Origin: an uncultured delta proteobacterium
GTDB lineage: Bacteria; Myxococcota; Myxococcia; Myxococcales; Anaeromyxobacteraceae
DNA: 64,000 nt
NCBI GenBank assembly: GCA_963766715.1
Contig: CAVYBH010000008.1
Coordinates: 480,001 to 544,000 of the forward strand
Reading direction: 5' to 3'
Positions 48,592 through 58,948 of the stretch are shown here, piece by piece; positions within the stretch are counted from its first letter, which is position 1, and every line of letters starts with the position of its first letter. The notes beneath the pieces were generated by a model that saw only the letters and a program-made list of their open reading frames with translations, searched no databases and was not told the DNA's origin. The translations under genes were made by a program, and so were the position numbers.

Positions 48592-49439
48592 AAGAGCGTC
48601 TCCCGGGCCGCGCGGGCCTCCTCGAGGACCTGCCGGGCCGCGTCGGGCGACTCGGCGATGGCCGACAGGATGCGGGAGAGGTGGGAGGCGAGCCGCTGGG
48701 CCGCGTCCGGGACGTGGGCGTTGCGCCGCGCCACCTCCCCCTGGATGTCGAAGGCGAAGCCCGCCAGCCGGGTCATGTCGTTCATGCCCGGGCCGGCGAG
48801 CGCACGCGCGAGCGGTCCCGCCTCCCGGGCGGCCAGGGAGAGCGCGCTCGCCACCAGGTAGGGGAGGTGCGAGACGAGCGCCACCGCGGCGTCGTGCTCG
48901 GCCGCGGTGCAGCGGACCGTCCGCGCGCCCAGGGCCTCGTGCAGGGCGATCACGAGCGCCACGGCGCCGTCGGGCGCCCCGTCGGCGCACACCGCCACCG
49001 TGCCGCCCTTCCAGCGATCGGGCTTCGCTCCCTCGTAGCCGCCCCGCCCGCCGAACATGGGGTGCGCCCCCACGAACGGGACGCGCGGGTCGCCGTCCTG
49101 GCGCGCCACCTCGACCACCCGCTCCTTGGCGCCCCCCACGTCGGTGAGCACGGCGCCCGCCGCCATCCCGCGCGACACCGGCCCCACCAGCGCCTCGATG
49201 GCGGCCACCGGCGTGCAGAGCAGCACCAGATCCCGGTCGGCGAGCCAGGCGCCGGGGGCGGCGTGGATCTCGTCGACGACGCCGTCCGCCACCGCCCGGG
49301 CGCGGACGTCCTCCCGCGACTCGGCCGCCGCCAGGTGGATCGAGGGGTCGAGCGCGCGCAGCCCCCGGGCGAGCGACGCGCCCATGAGGCCGAGCCCGAC
49401 GATGCCCACCCGGCGGGGCAGCCTTCCGGCCTCGCTCAC
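48588..49439 (-). CDS. tyrA: Prephenate/arogenate dehydrogenase
   Basis: [41 protein letters not shown]. Confidence 0.9.
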   Translation of the reverse strand: MSEAGRLPRRVGIVGLGLMGASLARGLRALDPSIHLAAAESREDVRARAVADGVVDEIHAAPGAWLADRDLVLLCTPVAAIEALVGPVSRGMAAGAVLTDVGGAKERVVEVARQDGDPRVPFVGAHPMFGGRGGYEGAKPDRWKGGTVAVCADGAPDGAVALVIALHEALGARTVRCTAAEHDAAVALVSHLPYLVASALSLAAREAGPLARALAGPGMNDMTRLAGFAFDIQGEVARRNAHVPDAAQRLASHLSRILSAIAESPDAARQVLEEARAARETLF

Positions 49440-49442
49440 GGC

Positions 49443-49826
49443 TCACTTCCCGCCGGGCTTCGGCGGCTCCTCGGGGTCGGCGAGGTCGGGGCGGAGCGCC
49501 CGGGCCCCGCGCAGGTAGACGTGGCGGACGGGCCGGTCGATGGACTCGACGTGGAGGAGGACCCGGATCACCCGCTGGAGGGAGCCCGGCACCGGGATCT
49601 CCTGGGAGCAGATCATCGGGACCATGTGCCAGCCGTTGCGGACCCGGGCGGTGCGGGCCGGGAAGTCGGCGTCGAGGTCGTGGGTCACCGTGAAGATGGC
49701 CCAGCCGATCTCCTCGGGGCGGATCCGGTTGCGGTCGACGAGCGCCTGGCAGAGCTCCGCCACGGCCTCTTCCATGGCCTCGACGGTGTTCGCCTCGATC
49801 TGGGTCGCGCCCCGGATGCCGCGCAT
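49443..49826 (-). CDS. aroH: AroH-type chorismate mutase
   Basis: [39 protein letters not shown]. Confidence 0.93.
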   Translation of the reverse strand: MRGIRGATQIEANTVEAMEEAVAELCQALVDRNRIRPEEIGWAIFTVTHDLDADFPARTARVRNGWHMVPMICSQEIPVPGSLQRVIRVLLHVESIDRPVRHVYLRGARALRPDLADPEEPPKPGGK

Positions 49827-49838
49827 CGACCGGTGAGC

Positions 49839-51107
49839 TTACTTCCAGACGCGCCGGTCGTCGATCCGCTTCGCTCCCTGGGGGATGGTGTCGGCCGGGA
49901 CGGCCCGGACGTCGCCCTTCACCTTGATCTCGTCGCGCAGGGCGTCGGCGAGGCGCGTGGCGAGCGATCCGGAGGCGTCGGGCCCGGAGAGCTCGACCTG
50001 GTACTCCAGCCGGTCGAGGTGGCTCTCCCGGGTGACGACCGCCTGCCAGCGGACCACCTCGGGGAAGCGCTTCACCACGCCGTCGATCTGGCCGGCGCGG
50101 ATGAACATGCCCTTCACCTTCACCCCGTCCCCGATGCGCCCGAGCAGGCCGAGCAGCTTGGGGGTGGTCCGGCCGCAGGCGCAGCGCTCCTCGGGCCCGA
50201 GGGAGGAGAGGTCGCCGGTGCCGAACCGCAGCAGCGGGTAGGAGACGTCGAAGAGCGTCCCCACCACCTCGCCGGGCTGTCCCGGGCCGGCCGGCTGCCC
50301 GGTCTCGAGGTCGAGCACCTCCACGATGGCCTCGGGGTGGACGTGCCAGCCGCCCTTCTCCGGGCACTCGTAGGCGAGGCAGCCGAGGTCGGCGGTCCCG
50401 TACCCCTGCAGCACCCGAACCCCGAAGCCCTCCTGGATCTCCTGGCGCAGCGACTCGGGGAGCATCTCGGCGATGACGAAGGCCGACTCGAAGGAGAGCG
50501 GGGTCCCCTGCTCCCTCGCCTTCACGAGCAGCGCGTGCAGGAAGCTGGGCAGGCCGAGGTAGGCGGTGGCCTTCACGTGCGCCGCCACCCGGGCCTGCAG
50601 CTCGGTCTGGCCCACGCCGGCCGGGATGACCGCGCACCCCAGCGCCCGGGCGCCGGCGTCGAGCATGAAGCCGAGCGGGGTGAGGTGGTAGGAGGCCGAG
50701 TTGTGGGCCACGTCGCCGGCCCGGAAGCCGGCCGCGGCCAGCGCGTGGCGGAAGCGCCAGAAGTCCTCGTGCGCGCCCTGCGGGTCGTAGATGGGGCCGG
50801 GCGACATGAAGATGCGCGCCAGCTGCCCGGGGTCGACCGCGATGAGCCCGGCGAAGGGCGGCTCCTCGGCCTGGGCCGCCGGGAGCGAGTCCTTGCGGGT
50901 GACCGGGATGCGGACGAGGTCCTCCAGCCCGCGCATCGAGGTGGGGCCGAGCCCGGCGCCCTCCAGGGTGCGGCGCGCGCGAGGCGCGCGGGCGAAGGCG
51001 TGGGCCACGGTGCGCCGCAGGCGCTCTCCCTGGTGGACGCGCCGGACCTCCGGCGACTGGCACTCGACCGCCGGGTCGAGCACGCGGGACTGGCGAAGCG
51101 TCGGCAT
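49839..51107 (-). CDS. Phenylacetate-CoA ligase family protein (PaaK-like)
   Basis: [38 protein letters not shown]. Confidence 0.85.
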   Translation of the reverse strand: MPTLRQSRVLDPAVECQSPEVRRVHQGERLRRTVAHAFARAPRARRTLEGAGLGPTSMRGLEDLVRIPVTRKDSLPAAQAEEPPFAGLIAVDPGQLARIFMSPGPIYDPQGAHEDFWRFRHALAAAGFRAGDVAHNSASYHLTPLGFMLDAGARALGCAVIPAGVGQTELQARVAAHVKATAYLGLPSFLHALLVKAREQGTPLSFESAFVIAEMLPESLRQEIQEGFGVRVLQGYGTADLGCLAYECPEKGGWHVHPEAIVEVLDLETGQPAGPGQPGEVVGTLFDVSYPLLRFGTGDLSSLGPEERCACGRTTPKLLGLLGRIGDGVKVKGMFIRAGQIDGVVKRFPEVVRWQAVVTRESHLDRLEYQVELSGPDASGSLATRLADALRDEIKVKGDVRAVPADTIPQGAKRIDDRRVWK

Positions 51108-51142
51108 CCGTTTCCTCCCGCGCGGGAGACCCGCGTCGTGGA

Positions 51143-51938
51143 TCAGCTGAGCCAGCGCTTGCGGCGCTTGTAGAACTTGAGGTTCTTGTAGCTCTTCTTG
51201 CCGGCCTCGCCGCCGCCCCCGAGGTAGAACTCCTTCACGTCCTCGTTGGAGCGCAGCTTGTCCGGCTCGCCGTCGAGCACCACCCGGCCGTTCTCCATGA
51301 TGTAGCCGTAGTCGGCGATGGAGAGCGCCAGGTTGGCGTTCTGCTCGACCAGCAGGATGGTGGTCTTCCGCTCCTCGTTGATGCGCTTCACGATGCGGAA
51401 GATCTCGGCGACCAGCAGCGGGGCGAGCCCCAGCGACGGCTCGTCGAGCATCATGAGCTTGGGGCGGGCCATGAGCGCGCGGCTGATGGCCAGCATCTGC
51501 TGCTCCCCTCCGGAGAGGTAGCCGGCCAGCTTCTTCCGGCGCTCCCTCAGGCGGGGAAAGAACTCGTAGCAGGCCTCCTTGTCGGCCCGCAGCCCGGCCC
51601 GGTCGTTCCGGGTGTACCCGCCCATGTCGATGTTCTCCTCGACCGAGAGGTCCTCGAAGACGCGCCGGCCCTCCATGACCTGGAAGATGCCGCGCCGGAC
51701 CACCACCTCGGGCGGCAGCTCGTGCATGGGCTGCCCCTCGAAGAAGATGCCGCCGTCGGTGACCTCGCCCTCCTCGCTGCGGAGCAGCCCGGAGATGGCC
51801 TTCAGCGTGGTGCTCTTCCCGGCGCCGTTCGAGCCGAGGAGCGCGACGATCTGCCCCTCCGTGCACGGACAGCGAGAGCCCCTTCAGGACCAGGATCACG
51901 TCGTCGTAGATGACCTCGACGTTCTTCAGCTCGAGCAT
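51143..51938 (-). CDS. ABC transporter ATP-binding protein, LivF-like (frameshift near 51865)
   Basis: GSNGAGK Walker [22 protein letters not shown]-terminal YKRRKRWLS. Confidence 0.92.
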
Positions 51939-51962
51939 CCGCGGGCTCCGGGGGAGGAAGAC

Positions 51963-51992
51963 GGCGGGCGGGACCCGGGGGCCCCGCCCGCC
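51963..51992 (-). other. Intergenic GC-rich stem-loop after the substrate-binding protein gene
   Basis: Inverted repeat GGCGGGCGGG...CCCGCCCGCC without a clear U-tract. Confidence 0.45.
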
Positions 51993-52007
51993 TCGTTCAC
52001 GATGGGT

Positions 52008-53207
52008 CTACAGGCCGAACCACTGCGGCGTGCGCGGCATGATGTAGTCGCCGACCTTCACCAGCTTGCCGCCCTGGACCTGGTAGATGCTGGTGGTCAT
52101 GGTGGGGCGGTGGTCGGTGGGGGTGTAGGTCACCGACTGCGAGAGGCCGCCGGTCGAGAAGTCGGCCAGCGTCTCGACCGCCGCCTTCACGCCCGCGCCG
52201 GTCAGGTTCTTCGCGGCGTCGGCGCGCTTGAGCCCCTCGGTCCAGACCAGGCAGGTGGCCCAGCCGCGGACGTACATGGCGTCGTGCTTGTCGCCGGGGT
52301 GGTACTTCTGGTGCGCCGCCTCGAGCGTCTTCATGCCCGGCACCGGGGTGCCGAACGGGACGTGCGGCATGACGCCGGTGACGCCCTCGGCCAGCGGGCC
52401 GGCCACGGCCACCAGCGACTCGGAGAAGCCGTAGGGGTTCGAGCCGAACTTCACGGTCATGCCCAGCTTCTTCGCGTCGCGGAGCACGAGCGAGACGCCG
52501 GTCGTGGTGACGTTGATGTAGGCGTACTCCACCCCCTTCTGCTTCATGGTGAGCAGCTGGCTGGTGGCGTCCTGGAAGTTGGGGGGCAGCACGGCCTCGT
52601 CGACCACGTCGACGCCGATCTCCGCGCCGTACTTCTTGCCGGCGGCGATGGGGGCCTTGCCGTAGGCGTTGTCGCCGAACATGAAGCCGACCTTGGGCTT
52701 CCCCTTGCCTCCCGACTTCGCGTAGTCCTGCTTCACCCAGTCCATCCAGGAGCGCAGCTGGTCCGAGTAGGTGGGGGCCACGAAGAAGTTGTAGGGGAAC
52801 TTGGCCGGGTCGGAGAGCGGGGCGGCGAAGGATCCCGAGAAGTAGGGGATCTTGTCCTGGCCCACGAAGTCCTTCAGGGCCTCCGTGTCGCCGGTGCCCC
52901 AGCCCTGGATCATGACGACCTTGTCGTCGTTCACCAGCTTCTTGTAGAGGGCGCGGGCCTGGTCGATCTTGTAGGCGTAGTCGGCGCCGATGAGCTTGAT
53001 CTTCTTGCCGCCGATGCCGCCGGCGTCGTTGGTCACCGCCACGCAGTCCTGCACGCCCTGGGCGAAGGGCTTGCCGACGTCGGAGGTGACGCCGGTGAGG
53101 TCGAAGATGCCGCCGACCTTGATCTCCTGCTGGGCGAGGGCCCAGGACGGTGCGGCGGCCGCGAAGGCGGCGACGAGGATGGTTCCGAGGATCTTCCGTG
53201 GGGTCAT
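52008..53207 (-). CDS. ABC transporter substrate-binding protein (LivJ/K family)
   Basis: Signal peptide, DLTGVTSDVG, GWGTGDT, TYSDQ. Confidence 0.92.
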   Translation of the reverse strand: MTPRKILGTILVAAFAAAAPSWALAQQEIKVGGIFDLTGVTSDVGKPFAQGVQDCVAVTNDAGGIGGKKIKLIGADYAYKIDQARALYKKLVNDDKVVMIQGWGTGDTEALKDFVGQDKIPYFSGSFAAPLSDPAKFPYNFFVAPTYSDQLRSWMDWVKQDYAKSGGKGKPKVGFMFGDNAYGKAPIAAGKKYGAEIGVDVVDEAVLPPNFQDATSQLLTMKQKGVEYAYINVTTTGVSLVLRDAKKLGMTVKFGSNPYGFSESLVAVAGPLAEGVTGVMPHVPFGTPVPGMKTLEAAHQKYHPGDKHDAMYVRGWATCLVWTEGLKRADAAKNLTGAGVKAAVETLADFSTGGLSQSVTYTPTDHRPTMTTSIYQVQGGKLVKVGDYIMPRTPQWFGL

Positions 53208-53260
53208 GCGTTTCTCCTATTTCACTAACGGTCAACTGCGCGGGGCTGGCTGCCGTGCTT

Positions 53261-54304
53261 CTAGTAAGAGAACGGGTAGAGCTTCCAGTACGCCTTGATG
53301 TGGTTCCACCGGGCGGCCATGCCGTCCGGCTCGAAGATGAGGAAGAGGATCACCACCAGGCCGAAGACGCCGGACTTGAGCGGGGCCACCAGCTGCATGA
53401 GCGCGGGCCACTGGCTGGACATGGCGTCGGTGGCGAGCCGGAGCAGCTCGGGGAGGAGCGTGATGAAGATGGCGCCGAAGATCGAGCCCAGGATCGATCC
53501 CAGGCCGCCGATGATGACCATGCCCAGGTAGTCGATGGCCAGCGTGATGGGGAAGTTCTCCGGGCTGATGATGCGGGCCTGGTACGCGAGCAGCGAGCCG
53601 GCCACCCCGATGAGGAAGCTGGAGACCGCGAAGGCCAGCAGCTTGTAGCGGAAGACGTCGACCCCCATGACCTCGGCGGAGATGTCCTGGTCGCGGATGG
53701 CGACGAAGGCCTTGCCCACCTTGGTCCGGAAGAGGTTCTTCGTGAAGAAGAGCAGGCCGACCATGATCGGGAAGATGAGGTAGTAGATCTTCCGGTCGTC
53801 GGAGAGCTCCAGCCCGGCGAAGTGCGCGGCCGGGATGGAGATGCCGTTCACGCCGCCGGTCATCGAGTCCCAGTGGGTGACCGTGAACTCCACGATGTAG
53901 TGGGCCGCCAGCGTGGCCACGGCCAGGTAGAGCCCCTTCAGCCGGAGCGAGGGGATGCCGAAGACCAGGCCGACGAGCGCGGTGATCAGGCCGGAGAGCG
54001 GGATGACCACGACGAAGGGCAGCCCGGCCTTGCCGGCCAGCGCGGCGGTGGCGAAGCCGCCCACCGCCAGGAAGGCCGCCGTCCCCAGCGAGATGAGGCC
54101 GGTGTAGCCGGTGACCACGTTCAGGCCGGCCGCGCCGATGATGGCGATGAAGATGCGGTTGAGGACGTCCAGCCAGTAGGTGGTGGCGAACTGCGGCAGC
54201 ACGAGGAGGAAGACGAGCAGGCCGGTCAGCAGGACCCGCGGCAAGGGCGAGTCGAACAGCGACATGTCCTCGGCGTAACTCTGGCGGAAGTCCCCGCAGC
54301 GCAT
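53261..54304 (-). CDS. ABC transporter permease, LivM-like
   Basis: GYTGLISLG, LRLKGLYLAVATLA, IIGGLGS, FEPDG. Confidence 0.92.
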   Translation of the reverse strand: MRCGDFRQSYAEDMSLFDSPLPRVLLTGLLVFLLVLPQFATTYWLDVLNRIFIAIIGAAGLNVVTGYTGLISLGTAAFLAVGGFATAALAGKAGLPFVVVIPLSGLITALVGLVFGIPSLRLKGLYLAVATLAAHYIVEFTVTHWDSMTGGVNGISIPAAHFAGLELSDDRKIYYLIFPIMVGLLFFTKNLFRTKVGKAFVAIRDQDISAEVMGVDVFRYKLLAFAVSSFLIGVAGSLLAYQARIISPENFPITLAIDYLGMVIIGGLGSILGSIFGAIFITLLPELLRLATDAMSSQWPALMQLVAPLKSGVFGLVVILFLIFEPDGMAARWNHIKAYWKLYPFSY

Positions 54305-54316
54305 CCCGTCGCCTCC

Positions 54317-55204
54317 CTAGACCCGCTCGATCTTGATCTTGCCGAACAGGCCGTACGGCTTGATGGTGAGGATGAGCACCAGGACGATGAACGGCGCGAC
54401 CTCCTTGGCCCCGCCTCCCACGAGCGGGTCCAGGTAGCCGCCCGCCAGGTTCTCCAGGATGCCCATGATCGGCCCGCCCACGATGGCGCCGGCGATCGAG
54501 TCGAGGCCGCCCAGGATCACCACCGGGATGACCTTCAGCCCGAAGAAGGCCATGGCGCCGTCCAGGCCGCCGCGCACCCCGGCGAGCAGCACCCCGCCGA
54601 TGGCCGAGACCACCGCGGCGATCGACCAGGCCAGCGCGAAGATCCGCTTCACCGAGATGCCCATCGACAGGGAGACCTGCTGCGAGAAGGCGGTGGCCCG
54701 CATGGCCACCCCGGCCCGGGTGTACTTGAAGAAGAGCGTGAAGATGATGAGCAGGACGGCCACGCTGCCCAGGCTGAAGAGGTAGCCCTGCGAGACCGGG
54801 AGCGGGCCGATGTGCACCGGCTCGGCCGGGAAGATGTTGGGGAAGGGGCGGAGCTCGGTGCCCCAGATGCCCTGGACGATGGCCTTGAGGAGCGAGGAGA
54901 GGCCCAGCGTGACCATGATGAGCGAGATGACCGGCTCGCCGATCATGGGGCGCAGGATGAGCCGCTCGGTGAGGATGCCCAGCAGGGCCGAGAAGCCCAG
55001 CGTGAGGAGGAACGACCAGAAGAAGGGGATCTGGTACTGGACCGTGAGGGTGAGGCAGACGTAGGCGCCGAGCACCAGGAACTCGCCCTGGGCGAAGTTG
55101 AGCACGCTCGTGGACTTGTAGATGACCACGAAGCCCAGGCCGACGAGCGAGTAGATGCTCCCCACCACCACGCCGTTCAGCAGCAGCTGGAGGAAGAACT
55201 CCAT
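54317..55204 (-). CDS. ABC transporter permease, LivH-like
   Basis: NFAQGEF, MRATA, ILGGLDS, KPYGLFG. Confidence 0.92.
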   Translation of the reverse strand: MEFFLQLLLNGVVVGSIYSLVGLGFVVIYKSTSVLNFAQGEFLVLGAYVCLTLTVQYQIPFFWSFLLTLGFSALLGILTERLILRPMIGEPVISLIMVTLGLSSLLKAIVQGIWGTELRPFPNIFPAEPVHIGPLPVSQGYLFSLGSVAVLLIIFTLFFKYTRAGVAMRATAFSQQVSLSMGISVKRIFALAWSIAAVVSAIGGVLLAGVRGGLDGAMAFFGLKVIPVVILGGLDSIAGAIVGGPIMGILENLAGGYLDPLVGGGAKEVAPFIVLVLILTIKPYGLFGKIKIERV

Positions 55205-57159
55205 CAGGCCGCCTTTCCCGGGAAGGCGGTCAACCGCCGCACGATGAGGGTGGTCTGGATGCGGGCGGTCTTGCCGTCCTGGAACTTGATGGTGGTGTCG
55301 ATGTCGACCGCGGGCCGGTCGCCGTAGAGGGCGTCGATGACCACCGCGTAGCGCTCCTCGACGAAGCCGCGCCGGACCTTGCGGGTGCGGGTCAGCTCCT
55401 CGTCGTCGGCGTCGAGCTCCTTGTAGAGCAGCACGAACTTCTGGATGCGCGCCGCCGCCGGGAGCGTCTCGTTCACCTGGTCGACCTCCGTCTGCACGAG
55501 GTCGTAGACCTGGGCCTTGGCGGAGAGGTCGGTGTAGGTGGTGTAGGAGATCTTGTTCTTCTCGGCCCACTTCCCCACCACGCCCATGTCGATGTTGAGC
55601 ATGGCGGTGAGGTACGGCCGCCCCTTGCCCACCACCACCGCCTCCTTCACGAAGGGGGAGAACTTGAGCCGGTTCTCGATGAACTGGGGGGAGTACTGGG
55701 TGCCGTCGGCCAGCTGCATCACGTCCTTGATGCGGTCGATGACGACCAGGTGGCCGTCCTCGGCCAGGTACCCGGCGTCGCCGGAGAGCAGCCAGCCATC
55801 GGCCACGGCGGTCTTCGTGGCCTCCTCGTTCTTGTAGTAGCCGAGGAAGACGGCGTCGCTCGTGGAGAGGATCTCGCCGCGCTCGGAGATCTTCACCTGC
55901 GTGCCGGGGATGGGCACGCCCACGGTGTGGAACTGGATGTCGCCGTCCCGGTGGATGCAGGAGATGCCGCTGATCTCGGTCTGCCCGTAGATCTGCTTGA
56001 GCGGCACGTCCATGGCGTGGAAGAAGCGGAACACGTCCGGGCCCAGGGCGGCGCCGCCGGTGGAGGCGCTGCGCAGGTGGGTGAAGCCGAGCCGGTCCTT
56101 GAGCGCCCGGAAGAGGGCCCAGTGCCCCAGCTTGTGCAGGATCGCCAGGCCGACCGGGATGGGCTTCTTCTGGAAGCGGAGGTCGGCCACCTTGCGCCCC
56201 ACCGGCATCCAGCGCTCGTACATGAAGCGCTTGAACGGGGTGGTGTCCATGATCTTCACCTGCACGGTGGAGGTCAGGTTCTCCCAGATGCGGGGCGGGG
56301 CGAACATCACGTGGGGGCCGATCTCCCGGATGTTCTCCATCACCGTCTCGGGCTCCTCGGGGAAGTTCACCGTGAAGCCCACCGCCAGCGCGGTGGAGAG
56401 CGACATCATCTGCTCGCCGATCCAGGCCAGCGGGAGGAAGGAGACGAACTCGTCGGTGGGGCGCTTCTCGTCCACCTGGTTCAGCGAGAGCGCCATGGAG
56501 AGCAGGTTCCGGAAGGAGAGCATGGCTCCCTTGGGGAAGCCGGTCGTGCCCGAGGTGTAGCTGATGATGGCCACGTCGGAGACGGAGCCGCGGCGGACGT
56601 GCTCCTCCCAGGCGCCGGCCCGCTGCGCGAGCAGCTCGCGCCCCTTCTCCTCGACCTCCTCGAAGGAGAGGAGCGACGGGTGCTCGTACTTCCGGAGCCC
56701 GCGGGGGTCGGTGTAGATGACGTTGCGGACCTTGGGCAGCTTGTCGAGCATGTCGAGGATCTTGTCGACCTGCTCCTGGTCCTCGGCCACCACGAACGTG
56801 GCGTCGCAGTGGTCGATGACGAAGGCCACCTCGGTGAGGTTCGAGTCCTGGTAGAGCCCCACCGAGGCCCCGCCGGCCGCCTGCGCGGCGATCTCGCTCC
56901 AGACCCACTCCGGGCGGTTGTCGCCGATGATGGCGACCTTCTCGCCGGGCTGCATGCCCAGCGCCACGAGCCCCATGGAGAAGTCGCGGACGTGGTCGTG
57001 GTATTCACGCCAGGTGAACGGCTGCCAGATCCCGAACTCCTTCTCCCGCATGGCCACCTTGTCGGGGTGGATGGCGGCGTTGCGGACGAGGAGCTTGGGG
57101 AAGGTGTCGTTGCCCTGGAGCTGGTCGAGGATGTCGGGCACGCGGTCTCCGTCGGCCAT
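55204..57159 (-). CDS. Long-chain acyl-CoA synthetase (AMP-binding)
   Basis: YTSGTTGFPKG, YGQTE, GWLLSGDAG, IDRIKD, ELTRTRKVRR. Read in frame with the upstream ATPase in this sequence. Confidence 0.9.
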   Translation of the reverse strand: MADGDRVPDILDQLQGNDTFPKLLVRNAAIHPDKVAMREKEFGIWQPFTWREYHDHVRDFSMGLVALGMQPGEKVAIIGDNRPEWVWSEIAAQAAGGASVGLYQDSNLTEVAFVIDHCDATFVVAEDQEQVDKILDMLDKLPKVRNVIYTDPRGLRKYEHPSLLSFEEVEEKGRELLAQRAGAWEEHVRRGSVSDVAIISYTSGTTGFPKGAMLSFRNLLSMALSLNQVDEKRPTDEFVSFLPLAWIGEQMMSLSTALAVGFTVNFPEEPETVMENIREIGPHVMFAPPRIWENLTSTVQVKIMDTTPFKRFMYERWMPVGRKVADLRFQKKPIPVGLAILHKLGHWALFRALKDRLGFTHLRSASTGGAALGPDVFRFFHAMDVPLKQIYGQTEISGISCIHRDGDIQFHTVGVPIPGTQVKISERGEILSTSDAVFLGYYKNEEATKTAVADGWLLSGDAGYLAEDGHLVVIDRIKDVMQLADGTQYSPQFIENRLKFSPFVKEAVVVGKGRPYLTAMLNIDMGVVGKWAEKNKISYTTYTDLSAKAQVYDLVQTEVDQVNETLPAAARIQKFVLLYKELDADDEELTRTRKVRRGFVEERYAVVIDALYGDRPAVDIDTTIKFQDGKTARIQTTLIVRRLTAFPGKAA

Positions 57160-57924
57160 CAGTGGGCTCTGCCCGAGATACGCTTCCTGCACGGCCGGGT
57201 CGCCCTGGACTTCCTGGGGGGTCCCGTCGGCGATCTTCTCGCCGAAGGAGAGCACCGTGACCCGGTGCGAGACGTCCATCACCACGCCCATGTCGTGCTC
57301 GATCATGATCATGGTGGTGCCCCGGTCCTCGTTGATGTCGAGGATGAACCGGGCCATGTCCTCCTTCTCCTCGGCGTTCATCCCGGCCATGGGCTCGTCG
57401 AGGAGCAGCAGTCGCGGCTCGAGCGCCAGCGCCCGCGCCAGCTCGACCCGCTTCTGGAGGCCGTAGGCCAGCGTGCCCACGATCTTCTTGCGGATGTGCT
57501 GGATCTCGAGGAAGTCGATGATGTCCTCGACCACCTCGCGGTTGGCGATCTCCTCGGCCCGCGCCGGCCCGTAGTAGGCGCCCCCGGCCAGCACGCCCTC
57601 CTTCTGGTGGACGTGGCGCCCGATGAGCAGGTTGTCGAGGACCGTCATGCCCTTGAAGAGGGCGATGTTCTGGAAGGTCCGGGCGATCCCGAGCTTGGTC
57701 CGCGCGGCCGGCGAGAGCTTGGTGACGTCCGCCCCGTCGAACTGGATGTTGCCGCGCTGGGGGCGGTAGACGCCGGAGATGCAGTTGAGGAGGCTCGTCT
57801 TCCCGGCGCCGTTCGGGCCGATGACGGCGTGCAGCGCGCCGCGTCGGACCTCGAAGCTGACGTCGGAGAGGGCGGTCACGCCCCGGAAGTGGAGTATCAG
57901 GTTGTTCACCCGCAGGAGCGGCAT
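57160..57924 (-). CDS. ABC transporter ATP-binding protein, LivG-like
   Basis: GPNGAGKT, RTFQN, LAYGLQKRVE, LDEPMAG, IEHDM, AYLG. Confidence 0.92.
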
Positions 57925-58013
57925 CGGTCAACCTTGATCCCAGATGAAGGACCTCCGCTTCAAGCCGCACTGCGGCACGAACCGGACGGGCTGCCCCCTT
58001 GACAGGGCGGATG

Positions 58014-58358
58014 CTAGCCGGGTGGCCAGAACATCGGGCGGCCGCCCATGCAGTGCATGTGGACGTGGAAGACGAGCTGTCCGCCCTCCCGGTTCACGTT
58101 CACCACGCTGCGCCAGCCCGGCTCGGCGATGCCCCGCTCGGCGGCGATCCGGGCCGAGACGCGGGCCAGCTTGCCCACGATCGCGTCGTCCTCCGGGGTG
58201 AGGTCGTTGAGCGTGGGGATGTGGCGGCGCGGCACGACCAGCACGTGCACGGGGGCCTGGGGGTTGATGTCGTCGAAGGCCACCACGTCCTCGTCCTCGT
58301 AGACGAGCTTCGCGGGGATCTCCTTGCGGCCGATCTTGCAGAAGAGGCAGTCCGCCAC
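58014..58358 (-). CDS. Histidine triad (HIT/HinT) nucleotide-binding protein
   Basis: DCLFCKI, DINPQAPVH, HVHMH. Confidence 0.94.
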   Translation of the reverse strand: MADCLFCKIGRKEIPAKLVYEDEDVVAFDDINPQAPVHVLVVPRRHIPTLNDLTPEDDAIVGKLARVSARIAAERGIAEPGWRSVVNVNREGGQLVFHVHMHCMGGRPMFWPPG

Positions 58359-58419
58359 GCGTCACCTCGGTCATGGGCGGCGGCTGGCCGCCGGGTCGGA
58401 GGAGGATACCGCGGCCGGA

Positions 58420-58863
58420 TCAGGGCCGCGAGTCGAGGATCAAGGTGACCGGGCCGTCGTTCACCGACTCGACCTCCATGTGGGCCCGGAAGACCCCCTG
58501 CGCCACCGGGAGCCCGCGGGCGCGCAGCAGCGCGGCCACCGATTCGTAGAGGGCGTTCGCCTCCCCGGGAGGCGCCGCGCCCACGAAGCTGGGCCGGTTC
58601 CCCTTGCGGGCGTCGCCGAGGAGCGTGAACTGGGAGACGAGGAGGACGCCTCCCCCCGCGTCCTGGACCGACCGGTTCATCTTGCCCGCCTCGTCCTCGA
58701 AGATGCGGAGCTGGGCGAGCTTGTCGGCCGTCCACCGCGCGTCCGTCTCGGTGTCGCCCGCGGCCACGCCGAGCAGCACGAGGAGGCCGTGACCGATCTC
58801 CCCCACCACCTGCCGGTCGACCCGGACCGCCCCCCGCGCCACGCGCTGGACCACCGATCGCAT
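58420..58863 (-). CDS. dtd: D-aminoacyl-tRNA deacylase
   Basis: VVQRV, SQFTL, KGNRPSF, NDGPVT. Confidence 0.96.
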   Translation of the reverse strand: MRSVVQRVARGAVRVDRQVVGEIGHGLLVLLGVAAGDTETDARWTADKLAQLRIFEDEAGKMNRSVQDAGGGVLLVSQFTLLGDARKGNRPSFVGAAPPGEANALYESVAALLRARGLPVAQGVFRAHMEVESVNDGPVTLILDSRP

Positions 58864-58948
58864 CCGCCTTTCATGCCACGGGCCGCCGCGCGGCGCACGC
58901 CAGCGCCCCGGTCGTGACAGCCCGCGGACCCCGTGCTAATGCCGGGCG

